Shown here: one piece after another, positions 30,139 through 39,492 of the stretch
Layout of the letters: the number at the start of each line of letters is the position of its first letter
Numbering within the stretch: position 1 is the stretch's first letter
Origin: a virus
Lineage: Duplodnaviria > Caudoviricetes
Virus record (IMG/VR): IMGVR_UViG_3300021399_000100
Direction: 5' to 3' (one strand)
Length of the DNA: 64,000 nt
The notes under the pieces: generated by a model
The model's input: the letters and a program-made list of their open reading frames with translations, nothing else
Told to the model about the DNA's origin: nothing
Database searches by the model: none
Made by a program: the position numbers and the translations under genes

Positions 30139-31095
30139 ATGTCAGCATTAAAAATCACCGACGCATTCCGCATGTATATATCAAATGCGTGTCAGAATTA
30201 CAGAAAAGGATGGCAATATATACAGAAGTATGATCTTCTGGACAACGCATATTTTATGAAATGCATATATGATAACGACATGGATCCTAAGAAATGTTTA
30301 TATGCAGACATCATTGGTGAAGGATTCCCTCAAAGCGAATCTAAATGGAAGAACATATTGGCTGTCATCAAGACGTTGGAGAGTATGCAAGAAGATGTAC
30401 CTCATACAAAAAATAGTGATATCAATGCAGATACATCGCATGTAACAAAGGAAAACTCTTCATCAATAGAAATACTTGAAAAGCGAGTGCAACATCTTGA
30501 AAACAAGCTAGAACAATGTTTCTATGTAATTAATGAGTTGAGAGATATCATTCATACTATACAGACTCAATACAACGCTAGACCAGATGAACCCGATTTA
30601 GATGATAGTGTAGTGAAGATGGCAGATGCACTCGGCGTAGAACGTAAGCATTCTGATGAAGAATTGTCAGAAATGATCAATTCGAATATGGACGACTTCG
30701 AACATATGGTTCGTACTGGGAAGAAACTGTATACTAGCAGCAGTGCCGGAGTTACGGATACCTATACAGTTAATACTGCATCATCTCGTAGAGATAAAGA
30801 CAGTGATATATCTGCAGAGCCTGATACCATAACATCTGTAGTATATGATACATCAGATCCCTCAACTACTAAGAGAGAAGTAGAACTCCGAGAAGCCAAA
30901 GAGGCGGTCGCCAGGGCTAAACAAGAAAAGGGCGCTCTTTCTAAAGAACACCCGAATAATGATGATGAAAGAAAACAGAGATGGATTGAAGCTGTCCGTA
31001 AAGATAGAATCCGCAGGGGACTAGGTGTCGATATTACTGCCATACAGAAAGATGGCTTCGAATATGATGACCCTAATAATTCTATATTCAAATAG
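30139..31095 (+). CDS. Hypothetical protein
   Basis: 318-aa ORF; GTGATTACAT at 30106-30115. Confidence 0.7.
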   Translation: MSALKITDAFRMYISNACQNYRKGWQYIQKYDLLDNAYFMKCIYDNDMDPKKCLYADIIGEGFPQSESKWKNILAVIKTLESMQEDVPHTKNSDINADTSHVTKENSSSIEILEKRVQHLENKLEQCFYVINELRDIIHTIQTQYNARPDEPDLDDSVVKMADALGVERKHSDEELSEMINSNMDDFEHMVRTGKKLYTSSSAGVTDTYTVNTASSRRDKDSDISAEPDTITSVVYDTSDPSTTKREVELREAKEAVARAKQEKGALSKEHPNNDDERKQRWIEAVRKDRIRRGLGVDITAIQKDGFEYDDPNNSIFK

Positions 31096-31101
31096 CTTGC
31101 A

Positions 31102-31386
31102 TTATTGCTCTTCTTCATCAGTAGTATGTTCAGAATTATCTGAATCTACCTTTTTGTCTGTGGTTGACGAGAATCTGCGCTCCGCTAATCCCAGGCCTAG
31201 CAGACCCGCTCCAGTAATCAAAACCCATTCAAGCAATGAGTTTATAGATGGAAACGTAGGATCTGTAACGGCCAGGAAAAGGATCACGCAGGTTGACGAG
31301 ATAACACAAAACGCACCAGTTATTCTCTTAGAAGATAATCTCTGATTAGCTCCCGAGAACATTTCCCTTAGTATTCCCTTTCCCAT
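31102..31386 (-). CDS. Putative holin (2 TM)
   Basis: SSKR motif, two TM helices, charged tail. Confidence 0.55.
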   Translation of the reverse strand: MGKGILREMFSGANQRLSSKRITGAFCVISSTCVILFLAVTDPTFPSINSLLEWVLITGAGLLGLGLAERRFSSTTDKKVDSDNSEHTTDEEEQ

Positions 31387-31387
31387 A

Positions 31388-34126
31388 TTAAATCAGATCA
31401 TTTATATTTGTACTATTTACCTGTACACTTTTGATATCTTCAGATGTTTTGTTCTCGTCATTGAGATATACTGTCTTCTTTATAGAAAAATAAGTATATC
31501 CGGCGGACCCAGAAGGTATCTGTGTAGCAATAGCATCGTATCTGTTACATATCACTCTCCACGAGTCTATATTGTTGGCAAGGTCAGGGTGTTTCAAGTT
31601 ATCCACAACTATACAGTTATGAGAAACATTATCTATAATGGCCTTTTGCGCCTTGCTAGATGCACCGTTATTATAATAATTCAGTACAACCAACGAGTTC
31701 CCTGTCACTTCTTCAACAGTAGACCCTATATTATGATCTAATAGTACGGCATGTGCGTTTCTCAAGGATACATATTCTGACTTATATGTCCATGCATTGA
31801 ACGCATGTTGGAACGTACTATGTGAAGTATTCCATATTCTCAGATTATCGCTGTCTTCTATATCCAAATAAGCACAGCGTTTTGCGAATACATCGTTTGA
31901 ACGTTCTACTGTAGAATCAGTTGTCCATGTCAATATAATGTTATTACAATCATGTACACATACATTATGACAATTGGATATATGCATAATTGGCAATATG
32001 AACAATGCATCATTATGAGAACTTACATTAACTATCTCATTGCTGCTTATATCTATAGCAGGGAATTCTGTGGAATCATAATACATAGAATCTATTGCTT
32101 TGAGATTATCATTGCTGACCGAGCATATAGAACCTGTTATATTATTTGAAACGATCCACGGATCATAAGTTCCTCCTTGAAGGCTTTGTACAAATTCACC
32201 TGTTGTTCTTCTGAATGATATATCTGCATCTGATGTTTTCTTAACCGCGCAATGAATAAAATCAAAATCAGCAGAAATAGAATTATAATCGATTTGTGTA
32301 ATGTACCCCTTCTTCAGTCGACATCCAGTAGCTACTTCTGATTCTTCACGTGTCAGATAATATCGGCCCCATGAGCATACTCTACCTTTTTCTCTGGTAT
32401 TGAAGCTCATATATGCTCTAGTGTCAAAATGAGTTTTATCTGAAGGCTTCAAATATATACTTATAGCAATATCATTATTGATAGATACGAATCTAGTATC
32501 GCTTTCAGCAGGTTCAAATGCATAGTCTGTGATATAATACACTTTATTAAGGAGCAGAGCACCTTTGTTTCTTAGAGACACAGCTTCGCTATACGTCACA
32601 GGAATAACGCTATCGTCTCCAAATACACCTTCATATTTTGGATTAATACATCTAGACCAGAATGAACTTTGTGTCAATGTTCCGCCTTCATTGCTTCCAT
32701 TGTTAGACTCTACACATATGATTTCGAATATTGGGCACCCACATTGTATATCGTCTTTCGTGAAATGTCCTACTTGGACGTCTCCTACAAAGAGATTACA
32801 TCCGAATCCATTCCAGTTGATATTCTCTTTAATTACGAATTGGAAGCTTTGGCCTCGCCTGAATTTGAAATTAGGGACACTATTGAGATCTATAGAAAGT
32901 TTCAGGTCTGTATTGATTGGACCTCTTGCGCTGAGATATACAGGGAATATATTTGAGAATGTGGTAGGCGTGAAAGATGTGCCTTTCTGATTTGTGGTGA
33001 AGCCTGTTCCGTCAACGATATGATATCGCTGGTTAGCATTGTTAATAATATGCGAATCACTTGTCTTTCCCAAATATATACCATCACCTGCCTGTATAGG
33101 GACATTTATATTAAGCTCAGGGCCTGCTTCTCCATTCAGTATAGCCTGCATCTGCCTGTTTATATTAGCTATCATATTGAGCAGAGAATCTTTATCCTCA
33201 ATAGCCAACATATAGTTATCAACATACGCAGACAATGCATCTAACTTAGCCATCATTGTAGCTATTGTTGTCCCAGTATCGCATAATGCCTTGAGGTTCT
33301 CTATATCGTCATACATGTGCCCAATCGTATCTGACAAGCTCTTATGCTCAGACATAACCATCTGCATTCTAGCCAATGCGTCAGTGAACATACTCATTGC
33401 GAACGAATTAGCCTTTTCGTCTACTACCGTCTGTACCACAGAGCCAGACCCCGTATTATCAGAATCCTCGACTATTCTTAAATTGATACGGAAGCCGAAT
33501 GAGTTGCCTGACTGTACGATAGAACCTCCAGCAGCATAAGCATATTTGCTAATAGGCTCTGCATTATTAGATGGCACATATATACCATAGAGGGAATTAT
33601 ATGAACGTTCACCGTCGCTGATCCCTAGATAGATAGCTACCGCGTTGAATTCAAAATCCCTGCCATCATATGCATAATCTTTGAAGCTTGCAGGCTGCCC
33701 GCTATAATCTTCCAAGTTGAAATTGATCTCATTTACATTATTGAGCAATATTTTTTTGGAGCCAAATCGATTTGGTATATGTACGAATACTTCTGTAAAG
33801 TCTGCTGTTGGTGTGATCACATGATTAGTCATATCAATCTCTCCTACAGAAGTAACATTACCTGCTTCTACTAATCCTGTGAATGCATCTCTTTCAGTAA
33901 GAGTCTGCATAACTATAGACTTATCGCTATTGGTATATTCTGTTGTAGAGTTCACCATGTTTACAATGATCTCTTTCAGAGTATCTGGAGAAACGTTCAG
34001 GGTAGCGAAGTACTTAAATGTACAGCTGTATTCGCTGCTAGCTATGCATCTAGACAGCAGACGCACACCAGTCGGAGCCACAAACATGGCACCATTAGTG
34101 CCAAATGCTATATCTTCTATTTGCAT
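31388..34126 (-). CDS. Large putative virion structural protein with C-terminal beta-helix-like repeats
   Basis: 912 aa; late motif at 34153-34159. Confidence 0.65.
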   Translation of the reverse strand: MQIEDIAFGTNGAMFVAPTGVRLLSRCIASSEYSCTFKYFATLNVSPDTLKEIIVNMVNSTTEYTNSDKSIVMQTLTERDAFTGLVEAGNVTSVGEIDMTNHVITPTADFTEVFVHIPNRFGSKKILLNNVNEINFNLEDYSGQPASFKDYAYDGRDFEFNAVAIYLGISDGERSYNSLYGIYVPSNNAEPISKYAYAAGGSIVQSGNSFGFRINLRIVEDSDNTGSGSVVQTVVDEKANSFAMSMFTDALARMQMVMSEHKSLSDTIGHMYDDIENLKALCDTGTTIATMMAKLDALSAYVDNYMLAIEDKDSLLNMIANINRQMQAILNGEAGPELNINVPIQAGDGIYLGKTSDSHIINNANQRYHIVDGTGFTTNQKGTSFTPTTFSNIFPVYLSARGPINTDLKLSIDLNSVPNFKFRRGQSFQFVIKENINWNGFGCNLFVGDVQVGHFTKDDIQCGCPIFEIICVESNNGSNEGGTLTQSSFWSRCINPKYEGVFGDDSVIPVTYSEAVSLRNKGALLLNKVYYITDYAFEPAESDTRFVSINNDIAISIYLKPSDKTHFDTRAYMSFNTREKGRVCSWGRYYLTREESEVATGCRLKKGYITQIDYNSISADFDFIHCAVKKTSDADISFRRTTGEFVQSLQGGTYDPWIVSNNITGSICSVSNDNLKAIDSMYYDSTEFPAIDISSNEIVNVSSHNDALFILPIMHISNCHNVCVHDCNNIILTWTTDSTVERSNDVFAKRCAYLDIEDSDNLRIWNTSHSTFQHAFNAWTYKSEYVSLRNAHAVLLDHNIGSTVEEVTGNSLVVLNYYNNGASSKAQKAIIDNVSHNCIVVDNLKHPDLANNIDSWRVICNRYDAIATQIPSGSAGYTYFSIKKTVYLNDENKTSEDIKSVQVNSTNINDLI

Positions 34127-34225
34127 GTCAATCTAAAGATGTTTATTATATGTATTTACCGTGAGAATGCATTAATTCACGTGTGATTATATATATGTCA
34201 ATTTATTTAACATTTCATATTTTAT

Positions 34226-35143
34226 ATGGCAAAGAAAGAAACAAAACAGATCAAGTTGCCTAAGGTCAAGAATATCAGGCCTTCTAAGGCGCCTCAGCTG
34301 TCAACAAAAGCAATGGAGGAATCCTTACTGAGTGTAGGAAACGTAAAAGAGAACTTTCCTAAAATCGAAGCTCTTCTTTTTAAGTTAACTGGAATAGCTC
34401 CGTCAGAAAACACTATTGATGCGAGACTGCGATGCGCATTCACATCAGCGAACGCAAAATCCGTTACGAAAGTAACTCCAAGCACGTTGAGCACAATACG
34501 ACAGCTTATCGAAGCGAAGTTTAATCTAGTAATGTGCTATCCTATGGACTTGCTAGCAAAACATATTGATGAGCTCAGTGATGAGGAGTATGCATCAATA
34601 TATACTAAAGAAGACGCCAATAATGTCGAAGGCGTCATCAGAACCAGCTCTATTGCCAGTTTAGAAGCATTCCGTGCGTACGGTGTATTCACTAAAGAAG
34701 GCAAGAAATGGCCAGATTACTATGATGCAGAATATACCATGTGTGGTATGGCTGACGAATTGGTTGAATTTGCTGCTGCTACAGAAGAAGAGAAGTCTCA
34801 CGAACTAGGCGACGTTCTATGGTACTTTATGGCTATCGTAGCATTTTGGGATGCAACTGATGAAGACATCAACACCATCATTGAGGCTGGGAAGAATGCT
34901 GACAGCAACAACGAATACGACTATACCAAAGCATTCCATAAGTTCGTTAAACTTATGAGAGACGAACCTCATCTTATCGGAGATTTCTCTGTGATCACTC
35001 CAATGATGGCAGATGTATTCTGTACCCTTATCAAATATGCCGGAGGCATCGATAAGCTTTCTGAGGTTGCCCTTGAGAACATTGCAAAGATCCGAGACAG
35101 GATTGCACGCGGTGTTGTGAGAGGTAGTGGAGACAATCGTTAA
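34226..35143 (+). CDS. MazG-like NTP pyrophosphohydrolase domain protein
   Basis: ELGDVLWY and C-terminal N..K..DR..RG...GSGDNR. Confidence 0.8.
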   Translation: MAKKETKQIKLPKVKNIRPSKAPQLSTKAMEESLLSVGNVKENFPKIEALLFKLTGIAPSENTIDARLRCAFTSANAKSVTKVTPSTLSTIRQLIEAKFNLVMCYPMDLLAKHIDELSDEEYASIYTKEDANNVEGVIRTSSIASLEAFRAYGVFTKEGKKWPDYYDAEYTMCGMADELVEFAAATEEEKSHELGDVLWYFMAIVAFWDATDEDINTIIEAGKNADSNNEYDYTKAFHKFVKLMRDEPHLIGDFSVITPMMADVFCTLIKYAGGIDKLSEVALENIAKIRDRIARGVVRGSGDNR

Positions 35144-35159
35144 TCTTAAAACGTTAAAA

Positions 35160-36110
35160 ATGAAAGAGTTACTAATTAAGAAGCACGCACCTGTTGAGAT
35201 TGCTGAGTCATTCTGGCCTGAAGCCGTCCTTAAATCGTTGACTACAGCAGACCATAATCTTGTGATAGGGCCTCCTGGAACTGGCAAGTCTTCCACCATT
35301 CAGGCTTATTTGAAAGAGCATGGTTTTTCTTTCATTTATCTGAATGGTTCCGACAACCGTGGTCTAGACGCTGTCCGTACGACGATCCAGAACTATATCG
35401 ATTATGATACTGTCGGCGGCAGTGACAACCGTGCGGTGCTAATCGATGAGATAGATGGCTTTACTCCTGCAGCATTCAATGCATTGCGATCTGTGATGGA
35501 GCATGCTAATGGTGTGCGATTCTTCGCTACAGCCAATAATGGAAGAGTTATTCCTGCGCCTATCAAATCTAGGTTTAATGTGACAGAGATCGACATAAAC
35601 AATACTGAATTTAAACAGAAGTGGCTGCTTCGTATTCAGAAGATCCTGGAACTTGAAAATGTCACATTTAATAAGGATAACAATATGGCTCTCGCTCTGA
35701 AGAGCATATATCCTGATTTCAGAAAAGCATGCACTATACTGAGCCAAGCTATCAATGATGACAATGTTCTGGACTCTAAAACGCTGACTCAACTAGCTAA
35801 TAATAATGATATCGTCACTGACGAAGAGGCTACGTTTAAGTGGTTGATGGGTTCTGCTCCTGATAATATCTATCATACTCTGCGAAGCCTATCCTCGTAC
35901 GCAGAAATTATGCAGACATTCGCGTCGCCATTTATCAACTGGCTCCAGCCGAAGCTAGATCCTCATAAATGGAGTGAAGTCGCTTTCAAGATCAGCGCAT
36001 CTTATGGCCAACATATGGTACAGTATCAAGCAGCACCCGACCAGTTGTTAATTACTTATGCGTACTTATTGACTGTGAGGGGGTATGTGCTTCAAGCAAT
36101 GTCTAAGTGA
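35160..36110 (+). CDS. Sliding clamp loader ATPase (T4 gp44 / RFC small subunit-like)
   Basis: K(H)AP, GPPGTGKS, NGSD.RG, IDEID, PIKSRF and PDFRK. Confidence 0.9.
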   Translation: MKELLIKKHAPVEIAESFWPEAVLKSLTTADHNLVIGPPGTGKSSTIQAYLKEHGFSFIYLNGSDNRGLDAVRTTIQNYIDYDTVGGSDNRAVLIDEIDGFTPAAFNALRSVMEHANGVRFFATANNGRVIPAPIKSRFNVTEIDINNTEFKQKWLLRIQKILELENVTFNKDNNMALALKSIYPDFRKACTILSQAINDDNVLDSKTLTQLANNNDIVTDEEATFKWLMGSAPDNIYHTLRSLSSYAEIMQTFASPFINWLQPKLDPHKWSEVAFKISASYGQHMVQYQAAPDQLLITYAYLLTVRGYVLQAMSK

Positions 36111-36498
36111 TAACTTTGCCTAATATTATACATCTCACTTATCTTTGAGCCAAGTGAGCTGCGGCATGGACTGATAGATTGATAAATATCTGTTCCATGC
36201 TGCTTTTGTTTACATATAGAAATAGAGAATGCTACAAATTTTGCAAGAAAGTCATAAAAAATATGAACTACAACGAAAATATTTATAATTTTATGGCAGA
36301 AAACATGCAGATAGTTTGTTATGCAGATGTAAATATATTATTAATATCAGTACATCAATGAGAAAATATTTTACATATAATGTGTTCAACATGAGCTCCT
36401 TTGGATTTCATGCGAATTTCGCTACTACAGCCAATCCGCAAAGAGCATCTATGACATCATGAGCGCTACTGAATTAAAGATGATATACGCATTAATAT

Positions 36499-36528
36499 AA
36501 AAAGGTAGCACATAATACGCTACCTTTT
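36499..36528. terminator. Hairpin terminator upstream of the tRNA cluster
   Basis: AAAAGGTAGC-ACATAATAC-GCTACCTTTT. Confidence 0.65.
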
Positions 36529-36621
36529 GTTTTGTATAGGGGAATATTTTCAGAAATCGGATGATTATATAATTGAACGTAATAAGATAGTTCATGATAA
36601 TCATCATGGTTCTGTTACGAC

Positions 36622-37161
36622 GCCTTTTTAGCTCAGCTGGTAGAGCACGTGATTTGTTAAACAGATTCCGTACAATGTCATTGCTTATGGAAAAGAAACA
36701 AAAAGGTAATTTAGTTGAGTTGCAGTGCATCACTGCATTTTATGAATTAGGTTATCAAGTCAGCATTCCATACGGTGAAAATTCCAGGTATGATTTTGTA
36801 GCGGACATAGACAACAGACTTATAAGAGTTCAAGTCAAAGCATCTCATGAAGTTGATGAAAACTCTTTTCGATTCAGTTGTCAATCTGTTAAATCGAAAA
36901 GATCTGGGATTTCCAGACGTAAGTATACGAAAGATGAAATTGACTTTTTTTCAACTTTCTATAATGGTAAATGTTACTTGGTGCCAGTCGAAGAATGTTC
37001 AATATATAAAACACTTCGGACATCGGAGAGTAAAAATAACCAAATGCAAAACATAAATTTTGCAGATAGTTACGAGCTAGAAAAACAGATTGATAAAATT
37101 AAAAACCCGGAACATTGATTAACAAATCTCGGGGTCGTTGGTTCGAGTCCAACAAGAGGCT
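36622..37161 (+). tRNA. tRNA-Thr(UGU) interrupted by a 467-nt intron (36658-37124)
   Basis: 5' exon 36622-36657 (acceptor, D arm, CGTGA-TT-TGT) and 3' exon 37125-37161 (AA-TCTCG, T arm, AAGAGGC-T) join into a cloverleaf. Confidence 0.85.
36687..37118 (+). CDS. Intron-encoded PD-(D/E)XK homing endonuclease (I-Ssp6803I-like)
   Basis: KG...E......LG..VSIPYG.N.RYD.V.D......RVQVK...Y...EIDFF...YLVPV; alternative start at 36675. Confidence 0.85.
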   Translation: MEKKQKGNLVELQCITAFYELGYQVSIPYGENSRYDFVADIDNRLIRVQVKASHEVDENSFRFSCQSVKSKRSGISRRKYTKDEIDFFSTFYNGKCYLVPVEECSIYKTLRTSESKNNQMQNINFADSYELEKQIDKIKNPEH

Positions 37162-37200
37162 CATAAGAAATATAGATCTTTGACATGTTAAATTATATAT

Positions 37201-37272
37201 AGTCCTTTCGTATAGCGGCTAGTACACAAGATTTTGATTCTTGGAGGAGGCGTTCGAATCGCTTAGGGACTA
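37201..37272 (+). tRNA. tRNA-Gln(UUG)
   Basis: Cloverleaf; CAAGA-TT-TTG-AT-TCTTG. Confidence 0.9.
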
Positions 37273-37287
37273 CAAAATAAATTATAT

Positions 37288-37359
37288 AGTCCTTTCGTAT
37301 AGCGGCTAGTACACAAGATTCTGACTCTTGGAGGAGGCGTTCGAATCGCTTAGGGACTA
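37288..37359 (+). tRNA. tRNA-Gln(CUG)
   Basis: Near-identical duplicate; CAAGA-TT-CTG-AC-TCTTG. Confidence 0.9.
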
Positions 37360-37374
37360 CAAAACAATAATGTA

Positions 37375-37449
37375 TGCGGGGTGGACTGGAGTAGGTTCCA
37401 GCTTGGTCTCATAAGCCATATAACGTGGGTTCGAATCCCACCCCCGCCA
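37375..37449 (+). tRNA. tRNA-Met(CAU), initiator-like
   Basis: 1:72 mismatch; CTCATAA loop; lacks the canonical three G-C pairs. Confidence 0.8.
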
Positions 37450-37537
37450 CAATGATTCAGGGGGCGTGTCACATTGCTGTAGACACCATAATATAAATCC
37501 TGGAGGTTTGGAGATTTTACCATAAAATCTCCATAAT

Positions 37538-37610
37538 GGATCTGTAGCTCAGTTGGTAGAGCACTAGACTGAAGATCTAGGTCGCGACAGTTCGAATCTG
37601 TCTGGATCCA
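37538..37610 (+). tRNA. tRNA-Phe(GAA)
   Basis: Cloverleaf; CTAGA-CT-GAA-GA-TCTAG. Confidence 0.9.
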
Positions 37611-37619
37611 CATAAATAT

Positions 37620-37693
37620 GGGGCTGTAGTTCAGTTGGCTAGAACGTCTGCTTTGCACGCAGAAGGTCGTGGGTTCGAGTCCCACTAGCTCCA
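37620..37693 (+). tRNA. tRNA-Ala(UGC)
   Basis: Cloverleaf; G3:U70. Confidence 0.9.
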
Positions 37694-37700
37694 CATAAAT

Positions 37701-37773
37701 GGGGTTGTAGCTCAGTTGGTAGAGCGTGTGACTGTTAATCACAAGCGCGCAGGTTCGAGCCCTGTCTGCCCCG
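37701..37773 (+). tRNA. tRNA-Asn(GUU)
   Basis: TGTGA-CT-GTT-AA-TCACA. Confidence 0.9.
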
Positions 37774-37957
37774 CGCAATTGCCGCCTGACGCGTCTAGTA
37801 CACGCAGATAGAGTATCTATAGGAGAGAAACATGCCTATACGCTCTGTTTTGTCGGGAAAGCATCTTAGCGGCTATGGAAGTTGGCTAAGGAGGCTTGAT
37901 AGTAAGCCTTAACAGGATAAGTTGTTTCTGTGATGATTTCTATCACGTCATCACTAT

Positions 37958-38041
37958 GGATTGTTAGTTCAGTCGGTTAGAACGCATGCATCACACACAC
38001 AAAACATGCATGAGACACGGGTTCAAACCCCGTACTTTCCT
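37958..38041 (+). tRNA. tRNA-like RNA with an 18-nt AC-rich anticodon loop (undetermined; Asp-like body)
   Basis: D and T arms intact; CATGC-ATCACACACACAAAACAT-GCATG. Confidence 0.7.
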
Positions 38042-38063
38042 CAGGTCTATTTTTAGATTATAA

Positions 38064-38137
38064 CTAGGCATGGTGGAGTTGGTTAACACACCGCGTTTGG
38101 GACGCGGGGATCGGGAGTTCGAATCTCTCTGCCTAGA
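38064..38137 (+). tRNA. tRNA-Pro(UGG)
   Basis: CCGCG-TT-TGG-GA-CGCGG. Confidence 0.9.
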
Positions 38138-38147
38138 CATAAATTAC

Positions 38148-38220
38148 ATCGGGTTCATCTAGCGGTCTAGGATACCACCCTTTCACGGTGGCCACATGGA
38201 TTCAAATTCCATACCCGATA
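38148..38220 (+). tRNA. tRNA-Glu(UUC)
   Basis: CCACC-CT-TTC-AC-GGTGG. Confidence 0.9.
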
Positions 38221-38269
38221 CACAATAAAACTGTTGAAATATAAGACATAAGTCTAAAACAGTTCATAT

Positions 38270-38341
38270 GGGTATTTTAGCTCAACGGTAGAGCGCCTGA
38301 CTGTGGATCAGGATACGATGGTTCGACACCATCATTTACCC
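38270..38341 (+). tRNA. tRNA-His(GUG)
   Basis: CCTGA-CT-GTG-GA-TCAGG; G-1:C73. Confidence 0.85.
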
Positions 38342-38591
38342 CAAGTCTGGTGCGATGTATTGGGGCGCGGTAAGCAATGATACGTAATATGCTACATCAT
38401 ATGTAAGCCCGTGAAAAATGCCTCGGAGGGGGTGACTACAACCATGTATGAATAGGCATATATTAAGATATATGGAAGTACCACTGAGCAAGAGGTTCCA
38501 GTTAATACTGCGAGAAATCCTAACGCAGAGAACGTGACGACAGCGAATACATCAATCTATAGGTTGGCAGCTGGAAATAGACAGCAGAATA

Positions 38592-38676
38592 GGAAGTGTG
38601 GGTGAGTGGCTTAAACCGCATCTCTTGAAAAGATGAGGCCAGCAATGGTCCGGGGGTTCGAATCCCTCCGCTTCCG
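38592..38676 (+). tRNA. tRNA-Ser(UGA)
   Basis: CATCT-CT-TGA-AA-AGATG; long variable arm. Confidence 0.9.
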
Positions 38677-38904
38677 CGATAGGGCACAGCAACGTCAGCT
38701 GTGGAGATACGAGGGAGGGCAATAATAATAACCTTGTCATCGGTGTCTAAAATCTTACACAACCTCGTGCGATTACTGCGCACTCACTACGAAGGTATCG
38801 ATGACTTGATTGACTTAAATTCCGTATCCAGGTTGATCCTCGTTAAGACTTTGGATATCTATATACCTTACATAAGAGAGCCTATCACTGCTCTCTTTTT
38901 TAAT

Positions 38905-38976
38905 GGCTCCTTAGCTCAATGGATAGAGCACCAGACTTCTAATCTGATGATGATGGTTCGATTCCATCAGGAGTCA
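38905..38976 (+). tRNA. tRNA-Arg(UCU)
   Basis: CAGA-CT-TCT-AA-TCTG. Confidence 0.85.
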
Positions 38977-39077
38977 CTTGTATTTTGAATCAATTTAGTA
39001 CTTGTTTGGGGTAATCCATGCAGCATCTAGTGATTATATATATGTAAGAGTTCATTGATATAATAAATAAATAATAT

Positions 39078-39150
39078 GTACCTGTAGCTCAGCTGGTAGA
39101 GCTCCTGACTTTTAATCAGGAGGTCACAAGTTCGAATCTTGTCGGGTACA
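39078..39150 (+). tRNA. tRNA-Lys(UUU)
   Basis: CCTGA-CT-TTT-AA-TCAGG. Confidence 0.9.
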
Positions 39151-39379
39151 CAATGATGTGATTTACTGAATTATTTATACAATGTTGTTGGATGCATTGA
39201 AAAATATTCATAATTTCACATCATAATAAATAAGGCAATCCTCACAAGAGCTAGAATGTTGAGGTTTAATATGGACAAGTTCATCAATGACGTTTATGTA
39301 TGAATGAAGGCATGTTAGGTCGCACATTACGTAGGAGGCAGATGTAGGCCGAACGTATGATAACGGCATTGCCTTTTAA

Positions 39380-39453
39380 GGACCAATAGCTCAGCAGGTT
39401 AGAGCAACTGACTCATAATCAGTAGGTCGTAGGTTCAAGCCCTTCTTGGTCCA
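39380..39453 (+). tRNA. tRNA with CAU anticodon (elongator Met or Ile2)
   Basis: ACTGA-CT-CAT-AA-TCAGT. Confidence 0.85.
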
Positions 39454-39492
39454 CTTTATTATTAATGTTTAATTTTTCACATTTTATTAATT

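Noticed and set aside
36594-36674. N-terminal extension of the endonuclease ORF
   Set aside because: Overlaps the tRNA-Thr 5' exon; the real start is probably 36675 or 36687.
36658-37124. Group I intron
   Set aside because: No non-coding space for a catalytic core and no terminal G; kept as a non-group-I intron finding.
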